A DNA stretch of 64,000 nucleotides, taken from positions 41-64,040 of the forward strand of contig JBEKCJ010000021.1 in assembly GCA_050014935.1 (NCBI GenBank). The letters are read 5' to 3'. This document shows, piece after piece, positions 1-9,398 of the stretch; position 1 is the stretch's first letter; the number at the start of each line of letters is the position of its first letter. The notes under the pieces are model-generated. The model saw nothing but the letters and a program-made list of their open reading frames with translations, made no database searches and was not told the origin of the DNA. The translations under genes were made by a program, and so were the position numbers. Source of the DNA: Candidatus Korobacteraceae bacterium. Its GTDB lineage: Bacteria > Acidobacteriota > Terriglobia > Terriglobales > Acidobacteriaceae.

Positions 1-1354
1 CAGTCTTCTTCTCCCGCCAGGTGACGCGCTCCAGGTGCTCGCCGCCATCCAAGCCGACGATTTCCGTGTGCAGGTGCAGCTCGATCATCGGATTCTCCTC
101 GATGCGTTGAATCAGGTACCGCGACATGGTGTCTGACAGCTGCCCGGAGCGCACCAGCATGTACACCTTGTGCGCGGTTTGCGACAGGAACACCGCCGCC
201 TGTCCCGCCGAGTTCCCTCCGCCGACGACGATGACGTCCTCGCTCCCGCAGAGCTGCGCCTCCATGTTGGTTGCACCGTAGTAGATTCCCAGGCCTTCGA
301 ACTTCGCCAGGTTGCCGATGGGCGGCTTGTTGTACTGGACGCCGGCGGCGATGACCACGGTTCGCGCGTTCAGCGGGTTGCCCACGTCCAGCACGACCTG
401 ATAAGGGCGCCGCTCGCAGTGCAGACGCACCGCGCTGCGCGCGACCATCATGTGTGCGCCGAACTTCTGGGCCTGCGCCAGAGCGCGCCCCGTCAGATCG
501 CTTCCCGAAATACCCATGGGGAAGCCAAGATAGTTTTCGATCCTTGAACTCGTTCCCGCCTGGCCGCCGGGGCTGGAAGTCTCGACCACCAGCACGTCGA
601 GCCCTTCGGACGCGGCATAAACCGCAGCCGCCAGACCGGAGGGGCCCGCGCCGACCACGATGAGATCGCGCACCTGCGACTCGTCGATGTTGGCGTTCAA
701 TCCCAGGCAGTCGGCCAGCTTGGCGATCGACGGATTGCGCAGCACACTGCGTCCGTTGCAGATGACGACGGGAATTTCTTCGGGCTTGACGGAGAAATGA
801 TCCAGCAGATCCTGCGATCTCTGGTCGGTGTCAAGGTCGACGTAGACATAGGGATGTCCATTGCGCCCAAGGAATTCGCGCAAGGCCAGAGTGCCAGGCG
901 AGTGGCGCGAGCCCAGCAGAATGGCGTTGCCCGCGCCTTGCGCAATCAAGGTCAGCCGCCGCAGGATGAAGGCGCGCATGAAAATCTCGCTATCTTTGGC
1001 CACCAGCGATCGTGCGGCCTCGGCGCTGATCTGGAGAAACTCGCCGGCCTCGGCGACGCGGCCCCGCAGCAGGTAGCGCTGCCCGCTGATCACGGCAAAC
1101 TCGCCGGTAAAGCCGCCCGGTGTGTGGGTGACAATCACACGCTCGCCGGTAGGACAGGGCTGCACAATGTCCAATCTTCCCGACAGCAGAACGAAGAATG
1201 GAACGTTGGTGTCACCAGGCTCAAACAGGATTTCGCCGGCCTGTACTTGACGCGTCTTGCCGAAGGGACGGAGCCGGTCAATCTGGGCTGCGGTAAGAAT
1301 GGGAAACGCCTCAGAACCAGGCTCGGCGATTGGAAGGTTCGGCACAGCGGACAT
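1..1354 (-). CDS. cyclic-nucleotide-binding domain / thioredoxin-reductase-like FAD-dependent oxidoreductase (3' end runs off the window)
   Basis: Not in the ORF track because there is no stop in the window. My translation of the minus strand from ATG 1354-1352 (AGGAG upstream) stays open to position 1: MSAVPNLPIAEPGSEAFPILTAAQIDRLRPFGK... (cNMP-binding-like N-terminus). It then shows LIVVGAGPSGLAAAVYAASEG and VIVVGGGNSAGQAAVFL dinucleotide-binding motifs typical of TrxB-family reductases. Confidence 0.85.
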   Translation of the reverse strand, partial: MSAVPNLPIAEPGSEAFPILTAAQIDRLRPFGKTRQVQAGEILFEPGDTNVPFFVLLSGRLDIVQPCPTGERVIVTHTPGGFTGEFAVISGQRYLLRGRVAEAGEFLQISAEAARSLVAKDSEIFMRAFILRRLTLIAQGAGNAILLGSRHSPGTLALREFLGRNGHPYVYVDLDTDQRSQDLLDHFSVKPEEIPVVICNGRSVLRNPSIAKLADCLGLNANIDESQVRDLIVVGAGPSGLAAAVYAASEGLDVLVVETSSPGGQAGTSSRIENYLGFPMGISGSDLTGRALAQAQKFGAHMMVARSAVRLHCERRPYQVVLDVGNPLNARTVVIAAGVQYNKPPIGNLAKFEGLGIYYGATNMEAQLCGSEDVIVVGGGNSAGQAAVFLSQTAHKVYMLVRSGQLSDTMSRYLIQRIEENPMIELHLHTEIVGLDGGEHLERVTWREKKT

Positions 1355-1514
1355 GATTGCTCCTGAGAAAAGAGTGCTGCCGGAGATGAATTGTAGATGA
1401 GATGGGGAAGCGCAAGGGTGCGGGGGCTCAGTTGCCAGTTGTCGGTTTCCCAATATATGACGGCAACGCCTGAACTTTAGGCCGGTACGTTGGGCCTAGT
1501 GTCCGACAGAAGGT

Positions 1515-1566
1515 GTCATCCCGACCGAGGACTTCAGTCCGAGTGGAGAGACCTGCTGTTTCTTCG
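1515..1566. repeat. hairpin repeat, family B (GTCATCCCGA...CTTCAG...GAG.G...CTG.T.TTT)
   Basis: gtcatcccgaccgaggacttcagtccgagtggagagacctgctgtttcttcg closely resembles gtcatcccgagtggccttcaggccgcgagggatctgttttttctcg at 49623-49668. Lies in the 443-bp gap between divergent genes. Confidence 0.6.
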
Positions 1567-1797
1567 AGTTGGCAAGAACAGCGACTCAGGTCTGGCCTGT
1601 TTCGCCGCCCGCCCTCCCTCCAGGTCGAAAAAACCAGGTTTCCCGACTTGAGCACCGGGTCAACAAGATTTCACCCCTCGGTTTGACCCCTCTATCGCTC
1701 TCATGCGATAGTTTCGTTTTAACAAAGTCGTAACAATTCGCAAGCCTTCACCTTTCATGGACCTTTCCACATCCGCGCCCCCCTGTGGAGTTTCCCG

Positions 1798-2415
1798 GTG
1801 CGACTGATACCTCGCGAGACCAAGTTCTTCGACATGTTCACGGAGATCGCGACCAATGTGGTCGAGGGCGCGCAAGCGCTGAGCGATCTTTTGCACAACT
1901 ACAACTACGAACAACTGCCCGCCGCGCTCGACAAGATCAAGGAAATTGAGCACCGCGGCGACGAGATGACGCACCGGATTCTGGTGAAGCTGAACCAGAC
2001 CTTCATCACGCCCTTCGATCGCGAAGACATCCATCTGCTGGCTTCCTCGCTGGATGACGTTCTGGATTTCGTTTACAGCGCCTCCGACCGCTTGCTCACC
2101 TACAAGATCACCCAACCTTCGCCGTCGGCCAAGGTGTTGGCCGGCATCATTCTGAAGCAGGCCGAAGAGCTGAAGAAGGCGGTAGCGCTGCTCAGCAAGG
2201 ACGGCCAGTTGCTGGAACACTGCGTAGAAGTGAACCGGCTGGAAAACGAAGCCGACCAGGTCAGCCGGGAGGCGATTGGCCGCCTCTTCGACGGCGATTA
2301 CGATCCCATCACCCTGATCAAGCTGAAGGAGTTGCTGGAGATTCTGGAAGAGGCCAGCGATAAGGCCGAGGATGTCGCCAACGTGCTTGAGACCGTCGTC
2401 CTGAAGAACGCGTGA
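1798..2415 (+). CDS. DUF47 family (PhoU-like) phosphate-transport accessory protein
   Basis: 205-aa ORF (GTG start). The MRLIPRETKFFDMF...EIEHRGDE...NRLENEADQV pattern is typical of DUF47 proteins. It sits immediately upstream of a PiT transporter gene, the usual pairing. Confidence 0.9.
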   Translation: MRLIPRETKFFDMFTEIATNVVEGAQALSDLLHNYNYEQLPAALDKIKEIEHRGDEMTHRILVKLNQTFITPFDREDIHLLASSLDDVLDFVYSASDRLLTYKITQPSPSAKVLAGIILKQAEELKKAVALLSKDGQLLEHCVEVNRLENEADQVSREAIGRLFDGDYDPITLIKLKELLEILEEASDKAEDVANVLETVVLKNA

Positions 2416-2464
2416 TGCGCCCAGCCGTGGCCGCAAACCCCAAGCCGGTGAAGGACGTGCGCCC

Positions 2465-3514
2465 GTGAGCCCGGGAACCATCCTGCTCCTCATCACCGTT
2501 GCCACGGCGCTGGTCTTCGATTTCCTGAACGGTTTTCATGACGCCGCCAACAGCATTGCGACGGTCGTATCCACGCGCGTGCTGTCGCCTAAGCTGGCAG
2601 TGCTGTGGGCGGCCACATTCAACTTCCTGGCAGCATTCCTTCTGGGCATAGCGGTGGCCAAGACCATTGGGGCCGGCATGATCCGGGAGGACATCGTCAC
2701 CCAGTACGTAGTACTGGCTGGGCTGGCAGGCGCGATCGTCTGGGATGTGCTGACGTGGCTGCTGGGGCTGCCAACCTCGTCCTCGCACGCGCTGATCGGC
2801 GGCTACGCGGGCGCAGCCATGGCGCGGGCCATGATCCTTCGCGGCTGGCGAGCGGCGCCGCATGTCATCGTGCCCGGCGGCTGGTACAAGACGCTGATCT
2901 TCATTGTGATCGCTCCCGTGCTGGGCTTCGTGCTGGGCTTCGGCTTCATGGTGGCAATCTCGTGGATCTTCCAGCGGAAATCGCCGCGGCAGGTGGACAG
3001 CCTGTTCCGTAAGTTGCAGCTGCTCTCGGCGGCGGCGTACAGCCTGGGACACGGCGGCAACGACGCGCAGAAAACCATGGGCATCGTCGCGGGCGCGCTC
3101 TACACCGCTGGGGTCATGACGAAGCATGACTTTGCCGCCAACTGGGGACGCTGGCATTGGCCGATCATCCTCGCGGCCCAAACCGCCATCGCGCTGGGAA
3201 CTTATTTCGGAGGATGGCGAATCGTCCACACCATGGGATCGAAAATCACCAAGCTGAAGCCGGTGGGCGGGTTCTGCGCCGAGGCCGCGGGCGCCATCAC
3301 GCTCTTCGGCACAGCTTTGGCGGGCATTCCGGTGAGCACAACCCACACCATCACCGGCGCTATTATCGGCGTAGGAACCACGAACCGGTTGTCGGCCGTG
3401 CGCTGGGGCGTTGCCACCAGGATTGTGTGGGCGTGGGTACTGACCATTCCCGCCTCAGCCCTCGTCGCGATGTTGACCTTCTGGGTGATCCGGCTATTCA
3501 ATCCGGCGGCGTAG
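2465..3514 (+). CDS. pit: inorganic phosphate transporter, PiT family
   Basis: 349-aa polytopic ORF. FDFLNGFHDAANSIATVVSTR near the N-terminus and GIPVSTTHTITGAIIGVG near the C-terminus are the duplicated PiT signature. Confidence 0.92.
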   Translation: MSPGTILLLITVATALVFDFLNGFHDAANSIATVVSTRVLSPKLAVLWAATFNFLAAFLLGIAVAKTIGAGMIREDIVTQYVVLAGLAGAIVWDVLTWLLGLPTSSSHALIGGYAGAAMARAMILRGWRAAPHVIVPGGWYKTLIFIVIAPVLGFVLGFGFMVAISWIFQRKSPRQVDSLFRKLQLLSAAAYSLGHGGNDAQKTMGIVAGALYTAGVMTKHDFAANWGRWHWPIILAAQTAIALGTYFGGWRIVHTMGSKITKLKPVGGFCAEAAGAITLFGTALAGIPVSTTHTITGAIIGVGTTNRLSAVRWGVATRIVWAWVLTIPASALVAMLTFWVIRLFNPAA

Positions 3515-3560
3515 AGACGTGTCGTCCACCCATTCAGTTTCTCGGCGCCGCCAAAAGAAA

Positions 3561-3585
3561 AGTGGCTGAGACGGTCCCAGCCACT
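3561..3585. terminator. possible bidirectional stem-loop terminator
   Basis: AGTGGCTG - 9 nt - CAGCCACT between the convergent pit and peptidase genes. The 5' flank is A-rich (aaaagaaa); the 3' T tract is weak. Confidence 0.4.
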
Positions 3586-3606
3586 CTTCGTTCCTCTAGC
3601 GCGTTC

Positions 3607-5553
3607 CTACTTTGACGGCGCCAGAATCGCATCCAGGCGATCGGGCGTTCCGTCTACTTTCTCCAGGTGCGGATAGCGCAATCCGCCGGAATAGTCGAGG
3701 CTGATCGTAAGAAATTCGTCGCCCCGCTTCAGCAGAAGCTTAATCGGCGCTTTGCTCTTCTCGGAAGCGAGAATCACTTCGCGCAGGCCATCCACCGTGA
3801 ACTTCTGATCGTTCACGGCCGTCAGCTGCATGTCCGGCGTGATGCCAGCCTTGAAAGCCACGCTGTCCCACACTACGTCGTTAAGGCTGCCATCGGCTTT
3901 CAGCGAGAAGCCCAGCGACGTGGCGAAGCTGGCCCCACGAGACATGTCTGCGTGCTTCATCCAATCCGGCTGGTTGTCGTTGTAGATCAGCCGGTATCCG
4001 CCCTGAGTGAATCCGTTCTCCGGAGTCTGCGGAGCGACATCGTACACCCGCGCCCGCAGGAAGCCCGCCCAATCGTACGGCTGCACCGTGTTCAACGCCG
4101 CAACCAGGTCGTCAAGATTGTAGGTCTTGGTGACAAAGCTCCCGTTATCGATGCCGTAAAAGAGCTTGGCAAAATCGTCGAGCGACTTCTTGCCACCGCT
4201 CAGCTCGCGGATTTTCGTGTCGGCATCGAGCCAGATGAGGTCGGATTCAGGATAGTAGTCATACGAACGTTGCCAGCTTGGCCAGTTCTCAGGCGAGCTG
4301 AAATGGTTCCCGATGATGGGCTGATTGGTGGTATCCACCAGCGGGCGCCACGTGCGTCCCGGGCTGATCTCGAAGCCGGCAGCGATCTGCGCGAGCATAT
4401 CGTGGGCCTGCTCCAGAGTGCACATTCCGGAGCGCGCCGTCAGGACATTGCCGTAGTAATCCGTCAACCCCTCATAGACCCACAGCAGATCGTTCTGCAT
4501 GGGCACATTGAAGTTGGGGGTCCACAGGTCGGCAGGGCGGCGAAACTTGCCGTTCCACGAATGCGTGTATTCATGGGGCAGAAGCGCGCGGCCGCCAACC
4601 CCGGCAGCCCAGTCCGTAAAATAGTTGGCGCGCGTTCCGTCCTCGCTCGACTGATGGTGCTCCAAGCCTTTACCGCTGACTATATCGCTGAGTGAAAAAA
4701 GGAAATCGTAGTGATCATAGTGATGGGAGTTGAAAAGCTTCCGGGCCTCGATCACCAGGTTCTTGTGGTACTGCAACTCCTCCGGCGTCATCACCAGTTG
4801 CTCGGGCTTGTCGGAGAAAAGATCGAGGTAGACCTTGTTGTCGGGGCCGCTCGAGATGTCGACACGCTTGAAATTGACGCCAGCGTAGAGCGGCGAATCG
4901 ATCAGCGTGTTCAAGGTCGTGTCTTTGAACTGGACCAGGTTCCCATCCTGCGACTTCACCTCCAGCGCGCAAGCGAACTTCCAGCCCTGCGGCAAGCGCA
5001 GTGCGGTAGAAAATCCGATGCGCCGCGAGAAGTATCCCGCCGGATAGAGCAGCACGCTATTCCAGGTTACGTCGGCGAATTTGGACCAGATGCGGCCTTG
5101 CTTTGGGTCGATCGGCGCCAGGTACTGGAAATTCACTTCCAGCGTGGTTGCGCCCTGCGGCACGTTGATATGGAAGGCGTACATGTTCACGCGATCGCGC
5201 ACCCAGTCAATCCGCTTGCCGTTCGCCGTGACCACCAGCCCGGCCAAGTCCGCGATTGCGTTCGATGGCGAGTGCGTGCCGGGAAGCCATTCCGGATAGA
5301 GCAGCACCATCTCCCCGGCTTTGACAGGAATCGTCTCCTGAACATTCAGCACTCGATCATTGACGTTGGTGAGGTCGACGACCAGGGAAATCGTGCCGGG
5401 ATAAGGCGTGTCAGCCGGCGCGACAATGGGCGGAGGCAGCGGTACCGGCTGCGGGCCCGGCGAATCCTGCGCGTACACCGCAGTTGTAAGAGCTACGCAA
5501 ACGGCTGCGAGGAGCGCCGCGGCGCTTCGGAGGGAAAAGAGCGAATTGGCCAC
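3607..5553 (-). CDS. secreted M61-family metallopeptidase with C-terminal PDZ-like domain
   Basis: 648 aa with an N-terminal signal peptide, an HEYTHSWNGKF (HExxH) zinc motif and a C-terminal PDZ-like segment. Overall layout matches M61 glycyl aminopeptidases. Confidence 0.85.
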   Translation of the reverse strand: MANSLFSLRSAAALLAAVCVALTTAVYAQDSPGPQPVPLPPPIVAPADTPYPGTISLVVDLTNVNDRVLNVQETIPVKAGEMVLLYPEWLPGTHSPSNAIADLAGLVVTANGKRIDWVRDRVNMYAFHINVPQGATTLEVNFQYLAPIDPKQGRIWSKFADVTWNSVLLYPAGYFSRRIGFSTALRLPQGWKFACALEVKSQDGNLVQFKDTTLNTLIDSPLYAGVNFKRVDISSGPDNKVYLDLFSDKPEQLVMTPEELQYHKNLVIEARKLFNSHHYDHYDFLFSLSDIVSGKGLEHHQSSEDGTRANYFTDWAAGVGGRALLPHEYTHSWNGKFRRPADLWTPNFNVPMQNDLLWVYEGLTDYYGNVLTARSGMCTLEQAHDMLAQIAAGFEISPGRTWRPLVDTTNQPIIGNHFSSPENWPSWQRSYDYYPESDLIWLDADTKIRELSGGKKSLDDFAKLFYGIDNGSFVTKTYNLDDLVAALNTVQPYDWAGFLRARVYDVAPQTPENGFTQGGYRLIYNDNQPDWMKHADMSRGASFATSLGFSLKADGSLNDVVWDSVAFKAGITPDMQLTAVNDQKFTVDGLREVILASEKSKAPIKLLLKRGDEFLTISLDYSGGLRYPHLEKVDGTPDRLDAILAPSK

Positions 5554-5634
5554 ACGTATTCTCCAGAACTACAGGGAATATTTATACCTTGTTTTGACCC
5601 GAATCCCCTAGGGAAGCTCTGATTAACTCTGGCT

Positions 5635-5714
5635 TTGAAGGGGACGGCCTTCAGGCCGTCCGTAAGCGCTGCAATACCATTGCGGCTTTAGCCGCTGAGG
5701 GACCTCGCCTTGAC
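5635..5714. repeat. ~80-nt two-hairpin intergenic element, family A, copy 1
   Basis: ttgaaggggACGGCCttcaGGCCGTccgtaa...GCGGCtttaGCCGCtgagggacctcgc. Near-identical copies lie at 7178-7257 and 10422-10501 in the same orientation. Confidence 0.8.
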
Positions 5715-5733
5715 TTGATCAGGGTTTCCCTAG

Positions 5734-6540
5734 TCACTGAGTACTGCGCAGCAGATCAGCCAGCTGCTGAATCGTGCCAGCGCTGGCGTCGCCTATGACG
5801 ACGTAGCGCAGTCCGCCCTGTGTCCATGCGCGTAAGCGGAAAGAGGATGTCTGCTCTGCAATAGAAGAAGTGGGAAGCGCGATTTGGGAAGCGTCCCGGA
5901 AGATGAACACGGAAATAAGGTGGCGCTGATAGCGGAATATGAGATGAGCCGCCGGCTCCTGCTGGAAATAGGCAACGCGTCCGCCCAGCAGCGCGAACGG
6001 CGAGCCTTGCAGCTCGGGCAAATCGAAGGTGAAGGGGATTCGTCCCTGGAACCACGGTTTCACCGTGTGCCGGTCGGTAGAGATGACCTCCACAGGGTTA
6101 GCGCTGGCCAGAGCTGCAACATGAAGATCGGCGAACTCGGCGAGTGTCTTCGATTCCTGCCGCCGGTTCCCCAGGAACAATCCGCCCGCGATCAGCAGAA
6201 GCGCTACGGCCGCCATCGCCCAACGCGGCCACATCCCCGAGAAGAGGCGCTCAATCCCGGCCCAATGCCTTTCAGGCACGACATACGCCGGTTCAGCTTT
6301 GGCTTCAGCCAAGTCCTGGCCTTTGGCCAGAGAAGAGATACGTGCGCGCAGCTCAGCGGAAGCGGTATAGCGGTTCCCCGCGCGGCGAATGGCCTGCTTG
6401 CTTTGCATAAGCGCCAACGCGCTGGCTGCGCAGGCCGTGCATTGCTCTACGTGCGCGCGGAAGGCGGCCATCTCGGACGGCGGCAGCTCCGCATCCACGT
6501 AGGCTTCAATCCGGTCTCGCCACTCAGTGCAGTTCATCAT
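5734..6540 (-). CDS. anti-sigma factor (zf-HC2, single-pass membrane)
   Basis: MMNCTEWRDRIEAYVD...AHVEQCTACAAS (H-x3-C-x2-C) followed by one TM helix and a periplasmic domain. Start set to ATG 6540, which overlaps the sigma-factor stop (ATGA). The 321-aa track ORF is an upstream over-extension into the sigma gene. Confidence 0.8.
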   Translation of the reverse strand: MMNCTEWRDRIEAYVDAELPPSEMAAFRAHVEQCTACAASALALMQSKQAIRRAGNRYTASAELRARISSLAKGQDLAEAKAEPAYVVPERHWAGIERLFSGMWPRWAMAAVALLLIAGGLFLGNRRQESKTLAEFADLHVAALASANPVEVISTDRHTVKPWFQGRIPFTFDLPELQGSPFALLGGRVAYFQQEPAAHLIFRYQRHLISVFIFRDASQIALPTSSIAEQTSSFRLRAWTQGGLRYVVIGDASAGTIQQLADLLRSTQ

Positions 6541-7100
6541 TCGTCTAGCCTTCGAGCTGAAGCCGGCATTCCCGTCCGCTCTCCCGCGAGCGATTGCCGC
6601 AGCAGCTTCCGCGCCCGCGCAATCCTCGACATTACGGTTCCAATCGGAATCGACAGTACCTCCGCAATGTCCTTGTACTTCATCTCTTCCACATCGCACA
6701 GCAGAACGACTTCACGGTACTCGGCGGGCAGCTGGTCCAGCGCAGCCTGCAAGGCGTCGCGCGTCGCCGAAGCCAGAGCGAACGACTCCGGCGTCTCCCA
6801 TGTCACCGCCACCGCCTCGCCCTCCGCCTCATCTTCTTCCAGGCTCTGGGTCAGCTTCGCGCGCAAGCCCGTCCGCGAAGTCAAAAACGTGTTGCGCAGG
6901 ATGCGAAACATCCAGGCGCGAAAATCCGTCCCCGGTGTGAAGGACGAGAACCCGCGCAGCGCTTTGGCGAAGGTTTCCTGGACCAGGTCTTCGGCTTCAC
7001 TCTGGTCGCGCGTCAGCCATCGGGCGAAGTTGTACAGCGAGTCGAATAGCGGCATCGCCAACTGCTCGAAATCGCCGCCAGTGCCCTTCTCTGCTGTCAC
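6537..7100 (-). CDS. RNA polymerase ECF-type sigma-70 factor
   Basis: 187 aa with region 2 (DLVQETFAKALR) and region 4 (EYREVVLLCDVEEMKYKDIAEVLSIPIGTVMSRIARAR). Translationally coupled to the downstream anti-sigma gene. Confidence 0.9.
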   Translation of the reverse strand: MTAEKGTGGDFEQLAMPLFDSLYNFARWLTRDQSEAEDLVQETFAKALRGFSSFTPGTDFRAWMFRILRNTFLTSRTGLRAKLTQSLEEDEAEGEAVAVTWETPESFALASATRDALQAALDQLPAEYREVVLLCDVEEMKYKDIAEVLSIPIGTVMSRIARARKLLRQSLAGERTGMPASARRLDE

Positions 7101-7177
7101 GCCTCTACCTGTCTAACTGTCGTAGTCTCGATTTTATTCCCGGAGCTTCTGGAAACTCGGATTAGGCGCCTTTTTCC

Positions 7178-7257
7178 TTGAAGGGGACGGCCTTCAGGCC
7201 GTCCATAGACACTGCCAAGTCAGCCGGCTTTAGCCGCTGCGGGACCTCGCTTGCGAC
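7178..7257. repeat. two-hairpin intergenic element, family A, copy 2
   Basis: ttgaaggggacggccttcaggccgtccataga...ccggctttagccgctgcgggacctcgcttgcgac, in the divergent region between the ECF sigma and metallophosphoesterase genes. Confidence 0.8.
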
Positions 7258-7352
7258 TCCACCAGAATCCCCGAACAATTTTCCCAATCCACTCGGGAAT
7301 AAAACGCCCGCCCGCCGGTTTGCGATGGTGACACGTATTCGAGGTGCACGCA

Positions 7353-8327
7353 ATGAATCGCAAACTGGAATCCAAAGACGAAATCTTACACGACCACAAC
7401 CACGACGGAATTGACCGCCGCGGCTTCCTGAAGTGCATGGCTTGGGCGGGAACAGGCGCTTTTTGCGTCATCAAGGGCGGCGTGCTCAGCTCCTACAGCC
7501 TGGGTGGCCTTCCCGAGTTCGAAAAACATGCAGCCAAGGGCGACTTTACCTTCGTCCAGATCAGCGACAGCCACATGGGCTTCGACAAAGCGGCAAACCC
7601 CGACGTCGTAGGTACCTTGAAGGCAGCGATCGACAAGATCAATGCCCTGCCCACCCCGCCTGCTTTCATTCTGCACACCGGCGACATCAGCCATCTCTCA
7701 AAGCCCGGCGAGTTCGACACCGTAGACCAACTGCTCAGGGCGGCCAGCACCAAAGACATCTTCTTTGTGCCAGGCGAGCACGACGTCCTGAACGACGATG
7801 GCAAGCAGTATCTGGATCGCTACGGCAAGGGCACGCAAGGAGCCGGCTGGTACAGCTTCGACAAGAAGGGCGTGCACTTCGTCGGGCTGGTCAACGTCAT
7901 GAACCTGAAAGCTGGAGGCCTGGGCAGTCTCGGCGGAGAACAACTGGAGTGGCTGGAGAAGGATGTCAAACATCTCTCCAAGAGCACTCCTATCGTCGTC
8001 TTCGCCCACATTCCGCTCTGGACCGTCTATCCGGAATGGGGCTGGGGAACCGACGACAGCGCCCAGGCGCTTTCTTACTTGAAGCGCTTTGGTTCGGTCA
8101 CGGTCCTGAATGGACACATCCATCAGACCATGCAGAAGGTGGAAGGCAACATTACATTCCACACCGCGACCTCCACGGCGTTTCCGCAACCGAAACCGGG
8201 CGAAGCTCCATCGCCGGGGCCGATGAAGGTCCCAGCCGACCAGCTGCGGACACTGCTGGGTGTAACCGACGTCAACTACGTTCGACACCGGCACGCGCTA
8301 GCTGTCACCGACAGCAACCTGGTCTAA
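7353..8327 (+). CDS. Tat-exported metallophosphoesterase
   Basis: Twin-arginine signal (DRRGFLKCMAWAGTGA) followed by metallophosphoesterase motifs (ISDSHMG, HTGDISH, GEHD, AHIP, NGHIH). Start placed at ATG 7353 (GAGG upstream); the track ORF begins at GTG 7344. Confidence 0.85.
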   Translation: MNRKLESKDEILHDHNHDGIDRRGFLKCMAWAGTGAFCVIKGGVLSSYSLGGLPEFEKHAAKGDFTFVQISDSHMGFDKAANPDVVGTLKAAIDKINALPTPPAFILHTGDISHLSKPGEFDTVDQLLRAASTKDIFFVPGEHDVLNDDGKQYLDRYGKGTQGAGWYSFDKKGVHFVGLVNVMNLKAGGLGSLGGEQLEWLEKDVKHLSKSTPIVVFAHIPLWTVYPEWGWGTDDSAQALSYLKRFGSVTVLNGHIHQTMQKVEGNITFHTATSTAFPQPKPGEAPSPGPMKVPADQLRTLLGVTDVNYVRHRHALAVTDSNLV

Positions 8328-8342
8328 CGAGGTTCTGTTAAG

Positions 8343-8530
8343 TCTGGTTCTTCGAAGGAGACGGCCTTCAAAGACATGTCGCGACCGGTAAGGGAATCTG
8401 TCGGGGGAAATGCAGTTCGCACTCCGCCCAAACCAGCCGCGCAGCGGCGGGATGGCGTTAGCCCGGGGCGTAAGCCCCGGGTCAGGTGGGAAACACTCCC
8501 GAGCCGCGGAGCGGCGACACGGCTCCAGGG
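8343..8530. repeat. composite of degenerate hairpin-repeat modules
   Basis: Starts with a decayed family-A head (ttcgaaggagacggccttcaaag). This is followed by the GC hairpins cccggggcgtaagccccggg and gagccgcggagcggcgacacggctc. It fills the 233-bp gap before the cupredoxin gene. Confidence 0.45.
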
Positions 8531-8560
8531 GATCACAAGCAAACTTGAAGAGGAACCAAC

Positions 8561-8914
8561 ATGAAAAACAAACTCTGGATCTTAGGAGTGGCGATCGTCT
8601 CGATCTCACTTGGAATCGGCAGCGGGGTAAGAGCAAACGCAGCCCCTGCGGGCGCTCCGTCTCCATCGGATGCAGCGGTCAAAATCGACAACTTCACCTT
8701 CTCGCCGGCCACCATCACCGTCCCAGTCGGAACCACGGTTCGCTGGACCAACCACGACGATATCCCACATACGGTCGTCAGCGACGACAAGACGTTCAAG
8801 TCGAAAGCCCTCGACACCGACGAGCAGTTTACCTACACCTTCACCAAGGCTGGCACCTACAACTACTTCTGCAGCATTCATCCCAAGATGACGGGCGTGG
8901 TCGTGGTTAAGTAA
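8561..8914 (+). CDS. secreted cupredoxin (plastocyanin/amicyanin-like type-1 copper protein)
   Basis: 117 aa with a signal peptide and a copper-ligand pattern HDDIPHTV ... YFCSIHPKM (H ... C-x2-H-x2-M). Confidence 0.85.
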   Translation: MKNKLWILGVAIVSISLGIGSGVRANAAPAGAPSPSDAAVKIDNFTFSPATITVPVGTTVRWTNHDDIPHTVVSDDKTFKSKALDTDEQFTYTFTKAGTYNYFCSIHPKMTGVVVVK

Positions 8915-8926
8915 CAGGAGACTGCC

Positions 8927-9376
8927 TTGCACCCCTTTGACATCAGGTCGGCCCTCCTCGCGAAACACGCGCAGCACGTGGTGCTCATCCACTTTCCGAT
9001 TGCGCTTTTTTTGACCAGCGTGATGTTTGACTTCATCGCTCATTGGACCAGTAACCGCACGATGGCCGCCGTGGCCTATTACAATCTGCTGGTCGCGGCC
9101 ATCTCGTGTCTGCCAGTGATGGCAACGGGGCTTCTGGCTTGGCAGTTGCAACTGGAGGGTCAGAAGATCAAAGGTGTTCTGCTCGACCACCTGGTGCTGG
9201 CAACCATTTCAAGCACTCTGATCTGGATTGTGTGGTGGCTGCACTTCCGGGCGCGGCGGAGGCCAGCAGGAAACTTACCGCTATATCGCCTCCCTATAGA
9301 ACTGGTCGCGGCCGGCACTATCGCCTTGACCGGCCACCTCGGAGGATTCCTGAGCGGCGTCAATGGCACTGGATAG
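8927..9376 (+). CDS. DUF2231-like integral membrane protein
   Basis: 149 aa with about four hydrophobic helices. The N-terminal KHAQHVVLIHFPIALF resembles DUF2231. TTG start with AGGAG 6 nt upstream. Family call is from memory. Confidence 0.7.
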   Translation: MHPFDIRSALLAKHAQHVVLIHFPIALFLTSVMFDFIAHWTSNRTMAAVAYYNLLVAAISCLPVMATGLLAWQLQLEGQKIKGVLLDHLVLATISSTLIWIVWWLHFRARRRPAGNLPLYRLPIELVAAGTIALTGHLGGFLSGVNGTG

Positions 9377-9398
9377 ACGCCGTTCACGATCTGGATAG

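Noticed and set aside
1428-1655. 75-aa minus-strand ORF in the gap before the DUF47 gene
   Set aside because: It is largely the translation of a family-B hairpin repeat, with no RBS or recognisable fold. Repeat-derived ORFs of this type recur in the window.
3667-5622. Long plus-strand ORFs (3667-4695, 4711-5622) opposite the M61 peptidase gene
   Set aside because: Arg/Val/Gly-rich, motif-less translations entirely antisense to a well-supported gene. These are typical shadow ORFs of GC-rich DNA.
5884-7116. 410-aa plus-strand ORF spanning the sigma/anti-sigma genes
   Set aside because: It overlaps two coupled, motif-supported minus-strand genes and its own translation is low-complexity.
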